From the human T2T-CHM13v2.0 reference genome, Homo sapiens: 64,000 bases of DNA. The stretch is from NCBI RefSeq assembly GCF_009914755.1, contig NC_060943.1; one strand, written 5' to 3'. Of the stretch, positions 14,201 through 29,200 are shown one piece after another. The notes under the pieces were generated by a model. It did not search any database, was not told where the DNA came from, and saw only the letters and a program-made list of their open reading frames with translations. The position numbers and the translations under genes are program-made. How positions within the stretch are numbered: the stretch's first letter is position 1; every line of letters begins with the position of its first letter.

Positions 14201-17200
14201 CCTTTCCATAGAGTAGTTTTGAAACACTGTTTTTGTAGAATCGGCAAGTGGATATTTGGACTGCTTTGAGGCCTTCATCGGAAACGGGAATATCTTCACA
14301 TAAACACTAGAGAGAAGCACTCTCAGAAACTTCTTTGTGATCTGTCCATTCAACTCACAGAGTTGAACCTTCCTTTTTCTGGAGCAGTTTTGAAACACTC
14401 TTTTTGGAGAATCTGCAAGTGGATATTTGGAGCGCTTTGAGGCCTATGGTAGAAAAAGAAATATCTGCCTCTAAAAACCAGACAGAAGCATTCCGAGAAA
14501 CTTCTTTGTGATGTTTGCATTCAACTAGCAGAGTTGAACCTTCCTTTTGATAGGGCAGTTTGGAAACACTCTTTTTGTAGAATCTGCATGTGGATATCTG
14601 GAGCGGTTTGAGGCCTACGGTCAAAAAGGAAATATCTTCCTGGGAAAAATAGACGAAAGCATTCTCAGAAACTGCTTTGTGATATGTGCATTCGACTCAC
14701 CGAGTTGAAACTTTTTTTTGGTAGAGCAGTTTTGAAACACTCTGTAGAATCTGAAAGTGGATATTTGGAGCTCTTTGAGGGCTATGGCGGAAAAGAAAAT
14801 ATATTCACATTAAAGTAGACAGCAGCATTCTCAGAAACTTCTTTAGGATGTTTGCAGTAAACTCACAGAGTTGAACATACCTTTCCGTAGAGCAGTTTTG
14901 AAACACTCTGTTTGTGGGATCCGCAAGTGGATATTTGGACCGCTTTGAGACCTTTGCTGGAAATGGGAATATCTTCACATATAAACTAGACAGAAGCATT
15001 CTCAGAAACTTCTTCATGATGTGTGCATTCTACTCCCAAATTTGAATCTTCCTTTTCATGAAGCAGTTTTGAAACACTCGGTTTGTGCAATCCACAATTG
15101 GATAATTGGAACGCTTTGATGCCCATGGTAGAAAAGGAAATATCCTCATATAAAAACTAGACAGAAGGATTCACAGAAAATGCTTTGTGATGTGTGCATT
15201 CAAATCACGGAGTTGAATCTTTCTTTTGTTAGAGCAGTTTTGAAACACTGTTTCTGTGGAATCTGCCAGCGGACACTTGGAGCGCTTTGAGGGCTGTGGT
15301 GGAGAAGGAAATATCTTCCCATAAAAACTAGAAAGAAGCATTCTCAGAAACATTTATGTGAAGCGTGCATTCAACTCACAGAGTTGAACCTTCCTTTTGA
15401 TACAACAGTTTTGAAACACCCTTTTGAACAATTGCAGGTGAATCTATGGAGCGCTTTGAAGCCTTTGTTGGAAATGGGAATATCTTCACACACAAACTAG
15501 CCAGAAGCATTCTCAGAAACTTCTTTGTGATGTGTGCGTTGAACCCAGAGAGATGAACCTTTCCTTTGATAGAGCAGTTTTGAAACGTGTTTTTGTAAGA
15601 TCGGCAAGCGGATAACTGGCTTCGCTTTGTGTCCTTTGGTGGAAACGGGAATATCTTCTAATAAAAACTAGACAGAAATATTCTCAGAATCTCCTTTGTG
15701 ATGTGGGCATTCAACTAACACAGTTGAACATTTCTTTTCACAGAGCAGTTTTGAAACACTCTTTTGGTAGAATCTGCCAGTGGATATTTGGAGCGCTTGG
15801 AGGGCTATTGTGCCAATGGAAATATCTGCCCCTGAAAACTAGACAGAAGCATTCTCAGAAACTACTTCGTGATGTTTGCCTTCAACTCACAGAGTTGAAC
15901 ATACCTCTTCATAGAGCAGTTTTGAAAACCTCTTTCTGTAGAATCTGCAAGTGGATATTCGGACCACTTTGAGGCCTTCATAGGAAACAGTAATATCTTC
16001 ACATAAAAACTAGATAGAAGCATTGTCAGAAAGTTCTTTGTGATGTGTGAATTCAACTCACAGAGTTGAACCTTCCTATAATAGAGCAGTTTTGAAACAC
16101 TCTTTTCCTAGAATCTGCAAGTAGATATTTGGAGCGCTTTGAGGCCTTCGTTGGAAACCGGAATATCTTCACAGGAAAAGTAGATAGAGGCATTCTCAGA
16201 AACTTTTTTGTGATATGTAGATTCAACTCACAACGTTGAACCTTTCTTTGGATGGAGCAGTTTTGAAAAACTCTTTTATCGAATCTGCAGGTAGACATTT
16301 GGGGTGCTTTGAGGGCTGTGGTGCAAAAGGAAATTTCTTCCCATAGAAACTAGACTGAAGCATTCTCAGCAACTTCTTTTTGACGTTTGCATTCATCTCA
16401 CAGTGTTGAACATACCTTTCCATAGAGTAGTTTTGAAACAATGTTTTTGTAGAATCTGCAAATGGATATTTGGACTGCTTTGAGGCCTTCATCGGAAACG
16501 GGAATATCTTCACATAAACACTAGAGAGAAGCATTCTCAGAAACTTCTTTGTCATCTGTCCATTCAACTCACAGAGTTGAACCTTCCATTTTCTGGAGCA
16601 GTTTTGAAACACTCTTTTTGGAGAATCTGCAAGTGGATATTTGGAGCGCTTTGAGGCCTATGGTAGAAAAAGAAATATCTGCCTCTAAAAACCAGACAGA
16701 AGAATTCCGAGAAACTTCTTTGTGATGTTTGCATTCAACTAGCAGAGTTGAACCTTCCTTTTGATAGGGCAGTTTGGAAACACTCTTTTTGTAGAACCCG
16801 CATGTGGATATCTGGAGCGGTTTGAGGCCTACGGTCAAAAAGGAAATATCTTCCTGGGAAAAATAGACGAAAGCATTCTCAGAAACTGCTTTGTGATATG
16901 TGCATTCCACTCACCGAGTTGAAACTTTTTTTTGATAGAGCAGTTTTGAAACACTCCGTAGAATCTGAAAGTGGATATTTGGAGCTCTTTGAGGGCTATG
17001 GCGGAAAAGAAAATATATTCACATTAAAGTAGACAGCAGCATTCTCAGAAACTTCCTTAGGATATTTGCAGTAAACTCACAGAGTTGAACATACCTTTCC
17101 GTAGAGCAGTTTTGAAACACTCTGTTTGTGGGATCCGCAAGTGGATATTTGGACCGCTTTGAGACCTTTGCTGGAAATGGGAATATCTGCACATTTAAAC

Positions 17201-20200
17201 TAGACAGAAGCATTCTCAGAAACTTCTTCGTGATGTGTGCATTCTACTCCCAAATTTGAATCTTCCTTTTCATGAAGCAGTTTTGAAACACTCTGTTTGT
17301 GCAATCCACAATTGGATAATTGGAACGCTTTGATGCCCATGGTAGAAAAGGAAATATCCTCATATAAAAACTAGACAGAAGGATTCACAGAAAATGCTTT
17401 GTGATGTGTGCATTCAAATCACGGAGTTGAATCTTTCTTTTGTTAGAGCCGTTTTGAAACACTGTTTCTGTGGAATCTGCCAGCGGACACTTGGAGCGCT
17501 TTGAGGGCTGTGGTGGAGAAGGAAATATCTTCCCATAAAAACTAGAAAGAAGCATTCTCAGAAACATTTATGTGAAGCGTGCATTCAACTCACAGAGTTG
17601 AACCTTCCTTTTGATACAACAGTTTTGAAACACGCTTTTGAACAATTGCAGGTGAATCTTTGGAGCGCTTTGAAGCCTTTGTTGGAAATGGGAATATCTT
17701 CACACACAAACTAGCCAGAAGCATTCTCAGAAACTTCTTTGTGATGTGTGCGTTGAACCCAGAGAGATGAACCTTTCCTTTGATAGAGCAGTTTTGAAAC
17801 GTGTTTTTGTAAGATCGGCAAGCGGATAACTGGCTTCCTTTGTGTCCTTTGGTGGAAACGGGAATATCTTCTAATAAAAACTAGACAGAAATATTCTCAG
17901 AATCTCCTTTGTGATGTGGGCATTCAACTAACACAGTTGAACATTTCTTTTCACAGAGCAGTTTTGAAACACTCTTTTGGTAGAATCTGCCAGTGGATAT
18001 TTGGAGCGCTTGGAGGGCTATTGTGCCAATGGAAATATCTGCCCCTGAAAACTAGACAGAAGCATTCTCAGAAACTACTTCGTGATGTTTGCATTCAACT
18101 CACCGAGTTGAACATACCTCTTCATAGAGCAGTTTTGAAAACCTCTTTCTGTAGAATCTGCAAGTGGATATTCGGACCACTTTGAGGCCTTCATAGGAAA
18201 CAGTAATATCTTCACATAAAAACTAGATAGAAGCATTGTCAGAAAGTTCTTTGTGATGTGTGAATTCAACTCACAGAGTTGAACCTTCCTTTAATAGAGC
18301 AGTTTTGAAACACTCTTTTTCTAGAATCTGCAAGTAGATATTTGGAGCGCTTTGAGGCCTTCGTTGGAAACCGGAATATCTTCACAGGAAAAGTAGATAG
18401 AGGCATTCTCAGAAACTTTTTTGTGATATGTAGATTCAACTCACAGCGTTGAACCTTTCTTTGGATGGAGCAGTTTTGAAAAACTCTATTATCGAATCTG
18501 CAGGTAGACATTTGGGGTGCTTTGAGGGCTGTGGTGCAAAAGGAAATGTCTTCCCATAGAAACTAGACTGAAGCATTCTCAGCAACTTCTTTGTGACGTT
18601 TGCATTCATCTCACAGTGTTGAACATACCTTTCCATAGAGTAGTTTTGAAACACTGTTTTTGTAGAATCTGCAAGTGGATATTTGGACTGCTTTGAGGCC
18701 TTCATCGGAAACGGGAATATCTTCACATAAACACTAGAGAGAAGCATTCTCAGAAACTTCTTTGTCATCTGTCCATTCAACTCACAGAGTTGAACCTTCC
18801 TTTTTCTGGAGCAGTTTTGAAACACTCTTTTTGGAGAATCTGCAAGTGGATATTTGGAGCGCTTTGAGGCCTATGGTAGAAAAAGTAATATCTGCCTCTA
18901 AAAACCAGACAGAAGCATTCCGAGAAACTTCTTTGTGATGTTTGCATTCAACTAGCAGAGTTGAACCTTCCTTTTGATAGGGCAGTTTGGAAACACTCTT
19001 TTTGTAGAACCCGCATGTGGATATCTGGAGCGGTTTGAGGCCTACGGTCAAAAAGGAAATATCTTCCTGGGAAAAATAGACGAAAGCATTCTCAGAAACT
19101 GCTTTGTGATATGTGCATTCCAGTCACCGAGTTGAAACTTTTTTTTGATAGAGCAGTTTTGAAACACTCTGTAGAATCTGAAAGTGGATATTTGGAGCTC
19201 TTTGAGGGCTATGGCGGAAAAGAAAATATATTCACATTAAAGTAGACAGCAGCATTCTCAGAAACTTCTTTAGGATGTTTGCAGTAAACTCGCAGAGTTG
19301 AACCTACCTTTCCGTAGAGCAGTTTTGAAACACTCTGTTTGTGGGATCCGCAAGTGGATATTTGGACCGCTTTGAGACCTTTGCTGGAAATGGGAATAGC
19401 TTCACATTTACACTAGACAGAAGCATTCTCAGAAACTTCTTCGTGATGTGTGCATTCTACTCCCAAATTTGAATCTTCCTTTTCATGAAGCAGTTTTGAA
19501 ACACTCAGTTTGTGCAATCCACAATTGGATAATTGGAACGCTTTGATGCCCATGGTAGAAAAGGAAATATCCTCATATAAAAACTAGACAGAAGGATTCA
19601 CAGAAAATGCTTTGTGATGTGTGCATTCAAATCACGGAGTTGAATCTTTCTTTTGTTAGAGCAGTTTTGAAACACTGTTTCTGTGGAATCTGCCAGCGGA
19701 CACTTGGAGCGCTTTGAGGGCTGTGGTGGAGAAGGAAATATCTTCCCATAAAAACTAGAAAGAAGCATTCTCAGAAACATTTATGTGAAGCGTGCTTTCA
19801 ACTCACAGAGTTGAACCTTCCTTTTGATACAACAGTTTTGAAACACCCTTTTGAACAATTGCAGGTGAATCTTTGGAGCGCTTTGAAGCCTTTGTTGGAA
19901 ATGGGAATATCTTCACACACAAACTAGCCAGAAGCATTCTCAGAAACTTCTTTGTGATGTGTGCGTTGAACCCACAGAGATGAACCTTTCCTTTGATACA
20001 GCAGTTTTGAAACGTGTTTTTGTAAGATCGGCAAGCGGATAACTGGCTTCGCTTTGTGTCCTTTGGTGGAAACGGGAATATCTTCTAATAAAAACTAGAC
20101 AGAAATATTCTCAGAATCTCCTTTGTGATGTGGGCATTCAACTAACACAGTTGAACATTTCTTTTAACAGAGCAGTTTTGAAACACTCTTTTGGTAGAAT

Positions 20201-23200
20201 CTGCATGTGGATATTTGGAGCGCTTGGAGCGCTATTGTGCCAATGGAAATATCTGCCCCTGAAAACTAGACAGAAGCATTCTCAGAAACTACTTCGTGAT
20301 GTTTGCATTCAACTCACAGAGTTGAACATACCTCTTCATAGAGCAGTTTTGAAAACCTCTTTCTGTAGAATCTGCAAGTGGATATTCGGACCACTTTGAG
20401 GCCTTCATAGGAAACAGTAATATCTTCACATAAAAACTAGATAGAAGCATTGTCAGAAAGTTCTTTGTGATGTGTGAATTCAACTCACAGAGTTGAACCT
20501 TCCTTTAATAGAGCAGTTTTGAAACACTCTTTTTCTAGAATCTGCAAGTAGATATTTGGAGCGCTTTGAGGCCTTCGTTGGAAACCGGAATATCTTCACA
20601 GGAAAAGTAGATAGAGGCATTCTCAGAAACTTTTTTGTGATATGTAGATTCAACTCACAGCGTTGAACCTTTCTTTGGATGGAGCAGTTTTGAAAAACTC
20701 TTTTATCGAATCTGCAGGTAGACATTTGGGGAGCTTTGAGGGCTGTGGTGCAAAAGGAAATGTCTTCCCATAGAAACTAGACTGAAGCATTCTCAGCAAC
20801 TTCTTTGTGACGTTTGCATTCATCTCACAGGGTTGAACATACCTTTGCATAGAGTAGTTTTGAAACACTGTTTTTGTAGAATCTGCAAGTGGATATTTGG
20901 ACTGCTTTGAGGCCTTCATCGGAAACGGGAATATCTTCACATAAACACTAGACAGAAGCATCCTCAGAAACTTCTTTGTCATCTGTCCATTCAACTCACA
21001 GAGTTGAACCTTCCTTTTTCTGGAGCAGTTTTGAAACACTCTTTTTGGAGAATCTGCAAGTGGATATTTGGAGCGCTTTGAGGCCTATGGTAGAAAAAGA
21101 AATATCTGCCTCTAAAAACCAGACAGAAGCATTCCGAGAAACTTCTTTGTGATGTTTGCATTCAACTAGCAGAGGTGAACCTTCCTTTTGATAGGGCAGT
21201 TTGGAAACACTCTTTTTGTAGAATCTGCATGTGGATATCTTGAGCGGTTTGAGGCCTACGGTCAAAAAGGAAATATCTTCCTGGGAAAAATAGACGAAAG
21301 CATTCTCAGAAACTGCTTTGTGATATGTGCATTCCACTCTCCGAGTTGAAACTTTTTTTTGATAGAGCAGTTTTGAAACACTCTGTAGAATCTGAAAGTG
21401 GATATTTGGAGCTCTTTGAGGGCTATGGCGGAAAAGAAAATATATTCACATTAAAGTAGACAGCAGCATTCTCAGAAACTTCTTTAGGATGTTTGCAGTA
21501 AACTCACAGAGTTGAACATACCTTTCCGTAGAGCAGTTTTGAAACACTCTGTTTGTGGGATCCGCAAGTGGATATTTGGACCGCTTTGAGACCTTTGCTG
21601 GAAATGGGAATATCTGCACATATAAACTAGACAGAAGCATTCTCAGAAACTTCTTCGTGATGTGTGCATTCTACTCCCGAATTTGAATCTTCCTTTTCAT
21701 GAAGCAGTTTTGAAACACTCTGTTTGTGCAATCCACAATTGGATAATTGGAACGCTTTGATGCCCATGGTAGAAAAGGAAATATCCTCATATAAAAACTA
21801 GACACAAGGATTCACAGAAAATGCTTTGTGATGTGTGCATTCAAATCACGGAGTTGAATCTTTCTTTTGTTAGAGCAGTTTTGAAACACTGTTTCTGTGG
21901 AATCTGCCAGCGGACACTTGGAGCGCTTTGAGGGCTGTGGTGGAGAAGGAAATATCTTCCCATAAAAACTAGAAAGAAGCATTCTCAGAAACATTTATGT
22001 GAAGCGTGCATTCAACTCACAGAGTTGAACCTTCCTTTTGATACAACAGTTTTGAAACACGCTTTTGAACAATTGCAGGTGAATCTTTGGAGCGCTTTGA
22101 AGCCTTTGTTGGAAATGGGAATATCTTCACACACAAACTAGCCAGAAGCATTCTCAGAAACTTCTTTGTGATGTGTGCGTTGAACCCAGAGAGATGAACC
22201 TTTCCTTTGATAGAGCAGTTTTGAAACGTGTTTTTGTAAGATCGGCAAGCGGATAATTGGCTTCGCTTTGTGTCCTTTGGTGGAAACGGGAATATCTTCT
22301 AATAAAAACTAGACAGAAATATTCTCAGAATCTCCTTTGTGATGTGGGCATTCAACTAACACAGTTGAACATTTCTTTTCACAGAGCAGTTTTGAAACAC
22401 TCTTTTGGTAGAATCTGCATGTGGATATTTGGAGCGCTTGGAGGGCTATTGTGCCAATGGAAATATCTGCCCCTGAAAACTAGACAGAAGCATTCTCAGA
22501 AACTACTTCGTGATGTTTGCATTCAACTCACAGAGTTGAACATACCTCTTCATAGAGCAGTTTTGAAAACCTCTTTCTGTAGAATCTGCAAGTGGATATT
22601 CGGACCACTTTGAGGCCTTCATAGGAAACAGTAATATCTTCACATAAAAACTAGATAGAAGCATTGTCAGAAAGTTCTTTGTGATGTGTGAATTCAACTC
22701 ACAGAGTTGAACCTTCCTTTAATAGAGCAGTTTTGAAACACTCTTTTTCTAGAATCTGCAAGTAGATATTTGGAGCGCTTTGAGGCCTTCGTTGGAAACC
22801 GGAATATCTTCACAGGAAAAGTAGATAGAGGCATTCTCAGAAACTTTTTTGTGATATGTAGATTCAACTCACAGCGTTGAACCTTTCTTTGGATGGAGCA
22901 GTTTTGAAAAACTCTTTTATCGAATCTGCAGGTAGACATTTGGGGAGCTTTGAGGGCTGTGGTGGAAAAGGAAATGTCTTCCCATAGAAACTAGACTGAA
23001 GCATTCTCAGCAACTTCTTTGTGACGTTTGCATTCATCTCACAGGGTTGAACATACCTTTGCATAGAGTAGTTTTGAAACACTGTTTTTGTAGAATCTGC
23101 AAGTGGATATTTGGACTGCTTTGAGGCCTTCATCGGAAACGGGAATATCTTCACATAAACACTAGACAGAAGCATCCTCAGAAACTTCTTTGTCATCTGT

Positions 23201-26200
23201 CCATTCAACTCACAGAGTTGAACCTTCCTTTTTCTGGAGCAGTTTTGAAACACTCTTTTTGGAGAATCTGCAAGTGGATATTTGGAGCGCTTTGAGGCCT
23301 ATGGTAGAAAAATAAATATCTGCCTCTAAAAACCAGACAGAAGCATTCCGAGAAACTTCTTTGTGATGTTTGCATTCAACTAGCAGAGTTGAACCTTCCT
23401 TTTGATAGGGCAGTTTGGAAACACTCTTTTTGTAGAATCTGCATGTGGATATCTGGAGCGGTTTGAGGCCTACGGTCAAAAAGGAAATATCTTCCTGGGA
23501 AAAATAGATGAAAGCATTCTCAGAAACTGCTTTGTGATATGTGCATTCCACTCACCGAGTTGAAACTTTTTTTAGATAGAGCAGTTTTGAAACACTCTGT
23601 AGAATCTGAAAGTGGATATTTGGAGCTCTTTGAGGGCTATGGCGGAAAAGAAAATATATTCACATTAAAGTAGACAGCAGCATTCTCAGAAACTTCTTTA
23701 GGATGTTTGCAGTAAACTCACAGAGTTGAACATACCTTTCCGTAGAGCAGTTTTGAAACACTCTGTTTGTGGGATCCGCAAGTGGATATTTGGACCGCTT
23801 TGAGACCTTTGCTGGAAATGCGAATATCTGCACATATAAACTAGACAGAAGCATTCTCAGAAACTTCTTCGTGATGTGTGCATTCTCCTCCCGAATTTGA
23901 ATCTTCCTTTTCATGAAGCAGTTTTGAAACACTCTGTTTGTGCAATCCACAATTGGATAATTGGAACGCTTTGATGCCCATGGTAGAAAAGGAAATATCC
24001 TCATATAAAAACTAGACACAAGGATTCACAGAAAATGCTTTGTGATGTGTGCATTCAAATCACGGAGTTGAATCTTTCTTTTGTTAGAGCAGTTTTGAAA
24101 CACTCTTTCTGTGGAATCTGCCAGCGGACACTTGGAGCGCTTTGAGGGCTGTGGTGGAGAAGGAAATATCTTCCCATAAAAACTAGAAAGAAGCATTCTC
24201 AGAAACATTTATGTGAAGCGTGCATTCAACTCACAGAGTTGAACCTTCCTTTTGATACAACAGTTTTGAAACACTCTTTTGAACAATTGCAGGTGAATCT
24301 TTGGAGCACTTTGAAGCCTTTGTTGGAAATGGGAATATCTTCACACACAAACTAGCCAGAAGCATTCTCAGAAACTTCTTTGTGATGTGTGCGTTGAACC
24401 CAGAGAGATGAACCTTTCCTTTGATAGAGCAGTTTTGAAACGTGTTTTTGTAAGATCGGCAAGCGGATATTTGGCTTCGCTTTGTGTCCTTTGGTGGAAA
24501 CGGGAATATCTTCTAATAAAAACTAGACAGAAATATTCTCAGAATCTCCTTTGTGATGTGGGCATTCAACTAACACAGTTGAACATTTCTTTTCACAGAG
24601 CAGTTTTGAAACACTCTTTTGGTAGTATCTGCCAGTGGATATTTGGAGCGCTTGGAGGGCTATTGTGCCAATGGAAATATCTGCCCCTGAAAACTAGACA
24701 GAAGCATTCTCAGAAACTACTTCGTGATGTTTGCATTCAACTCACAGCGTTGAACATACCTCTTCATAGAGCAGTTTTGAAAACCTCTTTCTGTAGAATC
24801 TGCAAGTGGATATTCGGACCACTTTGAGGCCTTCATAGGAAACAGTAATATCTTCACATAAAAACTAGATAGAAGCATTGTCAGAAAGTTCTTGGTGATG
24901 TGTGAATTCAACTCACAGAGTTGAACCTTCCTTTAATAGAGCAGTTTTGAAACACTCTTTTTCTAGAATCTGCAAGTAGATATTTGGAGCGCTTTGAGGC
25001 CTTCGTTGGAAACCGGAATATCTTCACAGGAAAAGTAGATAGAGGCATTCTCAGAAACTTTTTTGTGATATGTAGATTCAACTCACAGCGTTGAACCTTT
25101 CTTTGGATGGAGCAGTTTTGAAAAACTCTTTTATCGAATCTGCAGGTAGACATTTGGGGTGCTTTGAGGGCTGTGGTGCAAAAGGAAATGTCTTCCCATA
25201 GAAACTAGACTGAAGCATTCTCAGCAACTTCTTTGTGACGTTTGCATTCATCTCACAGTGTTGAACATACCTTTCCATAGAGTAGTTTTGAAACACTGTT
25301 TTTGTAGAATCTGCAAGTGGATATTTGGACTGCTTTGAGGCCTTCATCGGAAACGGGAATATCTTCACATAAACACTAGACAGAAGCATCCTCAGAAACT
25401 TCTTTGTCATCTGTCCATTCAACTCACAGAGTTGAACCTTCCTTTTCTGGAGCAGTTTTGAAACACTCTTTTTGGAGAATCTGCAAGTGGATACTTGGAG
25501 CGCTTTGAGGCCTATGGTAGAAAAAGAAATATCTGCCTCTAAAAACCAGACAGAAGCATTCCGAGAAACTTCTTTGTGATGTTTGCATTCAACTAGCAGA
25601 GTTGAACCTTCCTTTTGATAGGGCAGTTTGGAAACACTCTTTTTGTAGAATCTGCATGTGGATATCTGGAGCGGTTTGAGGCCTACGGTCAAAAAGGAAA
25701 TATCTTCCTGGGAAAAATAGACGAAAGCATTCTCACAAAGTGCTTTGTGATATGTGCATTCGACTCACCGAGTTGAAACTTTTTTTTGATAGAGCAGTTT
25801 TGAAACACTCTGTAGAATCTGAAAGTGGATATTTGGAGCTCTTTGAGGGCTATGGCGGAAAAGAAAATATATTCACATTAAAGTAGACAGCAGCATTCTC
25901 AGAAACTTCTTTCGGATGTTTGCAGTAAACTCACAGAGTTGAACATACCTTTCCGTAGAGCAGTTTTGAAACACTCTGTTTGTGGGATCCGCAAGTGGAT
26001 ATTTGGACCGCTTTGAGACCTTTGCTGGAAATGCGAATATCTGCACATATAAATTAGACAGAAGCATTCTCAGAAACTTCTTCGTGATGTGTGCATTCTA
26101 CTCCCAAATTTGAATCTTCCTTTTCATGAAGCAGTTTTGAAACACTCTGTTTGTGCAATCCACAATTGGATAATTGGAACGCTTTGATGCCCATGGTAGA

Positions 26201-29200
26201 AAAGGAAATATCCTCATATAAAAACTAGACACAAGGATTCACAGAAAATGCTTTGTGATGTGTGCATTCAAATCACGGAGTTGAATCTTTCTTTTGTTAG
26301 AGCAGTTTTGAAACACTCTTTCTGTGGAATCTGCCAGCGGACACTTGGAGCGCTTTGAGGGCTGTGGTGGAGAAGGAAATATCTTCCCATAAAAACTAGA
26401 AAGAAGCATTCTCAGAAACATTTATGTGAAGCGTGCATTCAACTCACAGAGTTGAACCTTCCTTTTGATACAACAGTTTTGAAACACTCTTTGGAACAAT
26501 TGCAGGTGAATCTTTGGAGCGCTTTGAAGCCTTTGTTGGAAATGGGAATATCTTCACACACAAACTAGCCAGAAGCATTCCCAGAAACTTCTTTGTGATG
26601 TGTGCGTTGAACCCAGAGAGATGAACCTTTCCTTTGATAGAGCAGTTTTGAAACGTGTTTTTGTAAGATCGGCAAGCGGATAATTGGCTTCGCTTTGTGT
26701 CCTTTGGTGGAAACGGGAATATCTTCTAATAAAAACTAGACAGAAATATTCTCAGAATCTCCTTTGTGATGTGGGCATTCAACTAACACAGTTGAACATT
26801 TCTTTTCACAGAGCAGTTTTGAAACACTCTTTTGGTAGAATCTGCCAGTGGATATTTGGAGCGCTTGGAGGGCTATTGTGCCAATGGAAATATCTGCCCC
26901 TAAAAACTAGACAGAAGCATTCTCAGAAACTACTTCGTGATGTTTGCATTCAACTCACAGAGTTGAACATACCTCTTCATAGAGCAGTTTTGAAAACCTC
27001 TTTCTGTAGAATCTGCAAGTGGATATTCGGACCACTTTGAGGCCTTCATAGGAAACAGTAATATCTTCACATAAAAACTAGATAGAAGCATTGTCAGAAA
27101 GTTCTTGGTGATGTGTGAATTAAACTCACAGAGTTGAACCTTCCTTTAATAGAGCAGTTTTGAAACACTCTTTTTCTAGAATCTGCAAGTAGATATTTGG
27201 AGCGCTTTGAGGCCTTCGTTGGAAACCGGAATATCTTCACAGGAAAAGTAGATAGAGGCATTCTCAGAAACTTTTTTGTGATATGTAGATTCAACTCACA
27301 GCGTTGAACCTTTCTTTGGATGGAGCAGTTTTGAAAAACTCTTTTATCGAATCTGCAGGTAGACATTTGGGGTGCTTTGCGGGCTCTGGTGCAAAAGGAA
27401 AAGTCTTCCCATAGAAACTAGACTGAAGCATTCTCAGCAACTTCTTTGTGACGTTTGCATTCATCTCACAGTGTTGAACATACCTTTCCATCGAGTACTT
27501 TTGAAACACTGTTTTTGTAGAATCTGCAAGTGGATATTTGGACTGCTTTGAGGCCTTCATCGGAAACGGGAATATCTTCACATAAACACTAGAGAGAAGC
27601 ATTCTCAGAAACTTCTTTGTCATCTGTCCATTCAACTCACAGAGTTGAACCTTCCTTTTTCTGGAGCAGTTTTGAAACACTCTTTTTGGAGAATCTGCAA
27701 GTGGATATTTGGAGCGCTTTGAGGCCTATGGTAGAAAAAGAAATATCTGCCCCTAAACACCAGGCAGAAGCATTCCGAGAAACTTCTTTGTGATGTTTGC
27801 ATTCAACTAGCAGAGTTGAACCTTCCTTTTGATAGGGCAGTTTGGGAACACTCTTTTTGTAGAATCTGCATGTGGATATCTGGAGCGGTTTGAGGCCTAC
27901 GGTCAAAAAGGAAATATCTTCCTGAGAAAAATAGACGAAAGCATTCTCAGAAACTGCTTTGTGATATGTGCATTCGACTCACCGAGTTGAAACTTTTTTT
28001 TGATAGAGCAGTTTTGAAACACTCTGTAGAATCTGAAAGTGGATATTTGGAGCTCTTTGAGGGCTATGGCGGAAAAGAAAATATATTCACATTAAACTAG
28101 AGAGGAGCATTCTCAGAAACCTCTTTAGGATGTTTGCAGTAAACTCACAGAGTTGAACATACCTTTCCGTAGAGCAGTTTTGAAACACTCTGTTTGTGGG
28201 ATCCGCAAGTGGATATTTGGACCGCTTTGAGACCTTTGCTGGAAATGCGAATATCTGCACATATAAACTAGACAGAAGCATTCTCAGAAACTTCTTCGTG
28301 ATGTGTGCATTCTCCTCCCGAATTTGAATCTTCCTTTTTATGAAGCAGTTTTGAAACACTCTGTTTGTGCAATCCACAATTGGATAATTGGAACGCTTTG
28401 ATGCCCATGGTAGAAAAGGAAATATCCTCATATAAAAACTAGACAGAAGGATTCACAGAAAATGCTTTGTGATGTGTGCATTCAAATCACGGAGTTGAAT
28501 CTTTCTTTTGTTAGAGCAGTTTTGAAACACTGTTTCTGTGGAATCTGCCATCGGACACTTGGAGCGCTTTGAGGGCTGTGGTGGAGAAGGAAATATCTTC
28601 CCATAAAAACTAGAAAGAAGCATTCTCAGAAACATTTATGTGAAGCGTGCATTCAACTCACAGAGTTGAACCTTCCTTTTGATACAACAGTTTTGAAACA
28701 CTCTTTTGAACAATTGCAGGTGAATCTTTGGAGCGCTTTGAAGCCTTTGTTGGAAATGGGAATATCTTCACACACAAACTAGCCAGAAGCATTCCCAGAA
28801 ACTTCTTTGTGATGTGTGCGTTGAACCCAGAGAGATGAACCTTTCCTTTCATAGAGCAGTTTTGAAACGTGTTTTTGTAAGATCGGCAAGCGGATAATTG
28901 GCTTCGCTTTGTGTCCTTTGGTGGAAACGGGAATATCTTCTAATAAAAACTAGACAGAAATATTCTCAGAATCTCCTTTGTGATGTGGGCATTCAACTAA
29001 CACAGTTGAACATTTCTTTTCACAGAGCAGTTTTGAAACACTCTTTTGGTAGAATCTGCCAGTGGATATTTGGAGCGCTTGGAGGGCTATTGTGCCAATG
29101 GAAATATCTGCCCCTAAAAACTAGACAGAAGCATTCTCAGAAACTACTTCGTGATGTTTGCATTCAACTCACAGAGTTGAACATACCTCTTCATAGAGCA

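Noticed and set aside
25078-25692. Longer 204-aa ORF unique to copy 12
   Set aside because: It arises from a 1-bp deletion in a T run (~25,443) that fuses two spurious frames, and could also be a homopolymer error.
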